Positions 61,367-64,000 of a stretch of 64,000 nt of DNA are shown here, one piece after another. Numbering within the stretch: the stretch's first letter is position 1; each line of letters starts with the position of its first letter. The notes under the pieces were generated by a model that was not told the DNA's origin, ran no database searches, and saw only the letters and a list, made by a program, of their open reading frames with translations. The DNA is taken from NCBI GenBank assembly GCA_963758215.1, contig CAVWUN010000003.1:923-64922 (forward strand). Direction: 5' to 3'. A program made the translations under genes and the position numbers. Source of the DNA: an uncultured beta proteobacterium (GTDB lineage Bacteria > Pseudomonadota > Gammaproteobacteria > Burkholderiales > Usitatibacteraceae).

Positions 61367-62074
61367 ATGAGCGCCGATGAAATCGTGTTCCTGCTCGACG
61401 TGCGACAACACGCTGCTCGACAACGATCGCGTGCAGCGCCGACCTCAGCGCGCACCTCGCGAGCGAGTTCGGCGCCGCGAGCCGCGACCGCTACTGGACG
61501 ATCTTCGAGGCGCTGCGCACCGAGCTGGGTTACGCGGACTACCTCGGCGCACTGCAGCGCTACCGGCTGGGCGCCATGAACGATCCGCGCCTGCTGCGGA
61601 TGTCCTCATTCCTCGTCGACTATCCGTTCGCCGACCGGCTCTATCCGGGCGCGCTCGACGCGATCGGCATCTGCGCCAGTTGGGGACCGACGGTGATCCT
61701 GTCCGACGGCGACGTCGTCTTCCAGCCGCGCAAGATCCAGCGCTCGGGCCTGTGGGAGGCGGTCGAGGGCCGGGTGCTGATCTACATCCACAAGGAGCGG
61801 ATGCTCGACGACGTCGAGCGGCGCTATCCGGCCCGCCACTACGTCATGGTCGACGACAAGCTGCGCATCCTGGCGGCGATGAAGCGAGATCTGGGGCGAG
61901 CGCCTGACGACCGTCTTCCCGCGCCAGGGACATTACGCGCTCGATCCGCGCAACCTCGCGCACTATCCGCCGGCCGACCTGACGATCGAGCACATCGGCG
62001 ATCTGCTCGATTACGATCTTGCCGCATTCCTCGGGTCTCCAAGCACTGTGCACGGGCAACAGGAGACGACATGA
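61367..62074 (+). CDS. HAD-family hydrolase, frameshifted
   Basis: VFLLD(V)DNTLLDND, ILSDGDVVFQPRK, MVDDKLRIL. Confidence 0.8.
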
Positions 62075-63174
62075 ACGCCAACACAGCAACTGCACGATCT
62101 CGGCCAGAGCCTCTGGCTCGACAACATCACGCGCGGGCTGCTGACGAGCGGCACGCTCGCGCCGCTACATCGACGAGTTCTCGGTCACCGGGCTGACGTC
62201 GAACCCGACGATCTTCGATCACGCGATCGAGAACGGCGGCTTCTACGACGACGCGATCCGCGAGAAGGCGCGCGACGGGCAAGTCGGGCGAGGCGCTGTT
62301 CTTCGAGCTCGCGCTCGAGGATCTGACCCAGGCCGCCGACCTGTTCCGGCCGATCCACGACGCGCACGCGGCGGCGTCGACGGCTGGGTGTCGCTCGAAG
62401 TCTCGCCGCTGCTCGCCAACGATACGCCGGCACGATCAAGGCGGCGGCGCAGCTGCATGCGCGCGCGCAGCGCGCCCAATCTCTTCATCAAGATTCCCGG
62501 GCACGCCCGCAGGCATCCCGGCGATCGAGGAATCGATCTTCGCCGGCGTGCCGGTCAACGTCACGCTGCTGTTCTCGCGCGAGCAGTACCTCGCGGCGGC
62601 CGAGGCGTACATGCGCGGCATCGAGCGACGCATCGCCGCCGGCCTCGATCCGAAGGTCGGCTCCGTCGCGTCGATCTTCGTCAGCCGCTGGGACGTGGCG
62701 GTGAAGGACAAGGTGCCGCCCGAGCTGCGCAATCGCCTCGGCATCGCCATCGCCAAGCGCACGTACAAGGCCTACCGCGAGCTGCTCGCCTCGCCGCGCT
62801 GGCAGCAAGCTCGCCGCCGCCGGCGCCCAGCCGCAGCGCCTGCTGTGGGCCAGCACCGGCACCAAGGATCCGGCAGGCGCCCGACATGCTCTACGTCGAG
62901 GCGCTGGCCGCGCCCGACACGATCAACACCATGCCCGAGAAGACGCTGCACGCCTTCGCCGATCACGGCAAGGTGAAGGGCGCGATGCCGGTCGACGGCG
63001 GCGATGCCGAAGCGGTGCTCGCGCGAGTTCACGCACGGCCGGCGTCGACGACGCGGCGCTCGCCGCCGAGCTCCAGCGCGAAGGCGCCGCAGTCGTTCGA
63101 CAAGTCGTGGAGCGATCTGCATGGGCTGCATCGCCGTCGAAGAGCGCAAGCGCCGGCGAAGGCCGATCGCACGC

Positions 63175-63178
<4 letters not shown>
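62071..63178 (+). CDS. tal: Transaldolase, frameshifted
   Basis: GQSLWLDNI, GLTSNPTIF, VSLEVSP, LFIKIP, VNVTLLFS, LWASTG, TINTMP; end approximate. Confidence 0.88.

Positions 63179-64000
<822 letters not shown>

Overview
High-GC betaproteobacterial chromosome segment, probably from a long-read or metagenomic assembly (taxonomy inferred only from gene content and order). Positions 1-36.8 kb are mostly housekeeping and redox genes: isc operon with tandem IscR sites, cysE, trmJ, suhB, ndh, hemG, fpr, nsrR, mutS, slyD, bcp, roxA, bamC, dapA, a GGDEF-EAL protein, ctaA, sod, tcuAB, prpF and a chrR-soxW-MOT1 operon. After a frameshifted dctPQM TRAP operon and an IS1595-family remnant comes the most interesting block (about 40.7-46.7 kb). 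It encodes a lipoprotein-anchored RidA, a monoheme cytochrome c, a Cyc2-type cytochrome-porin fusion, a cytochrome b/diheme cytochrome c fusion, an SHP-like heme protein, two more diheme cytochromes c and a Tat-exported Iro-like HiPIP. A Fur-family regulator, a Fur-box-like site and a metal ABC importer follow. Together this looks like a candidate Fe(II)-oxidation or extracellular electron-uptake conduit with an unusual architecture. A second unannotated signal is a probable ~100-nt small RNA (promoter, palindromic operators, terminator) divergent from a MarR gene at 5.76-5.89 kb. The last 14 kb hold a GlcG/HbpS protein, a cyclic beta-1,2-glucan synthase, Ysc84, SPFH, HAD, tal and pgi; much of this is heavily frameshifted, most likely from consensus errors. 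No rRNA, tRNA or CRISPR array was seen. All calls rest on motif recognition by eye; no database search was run.
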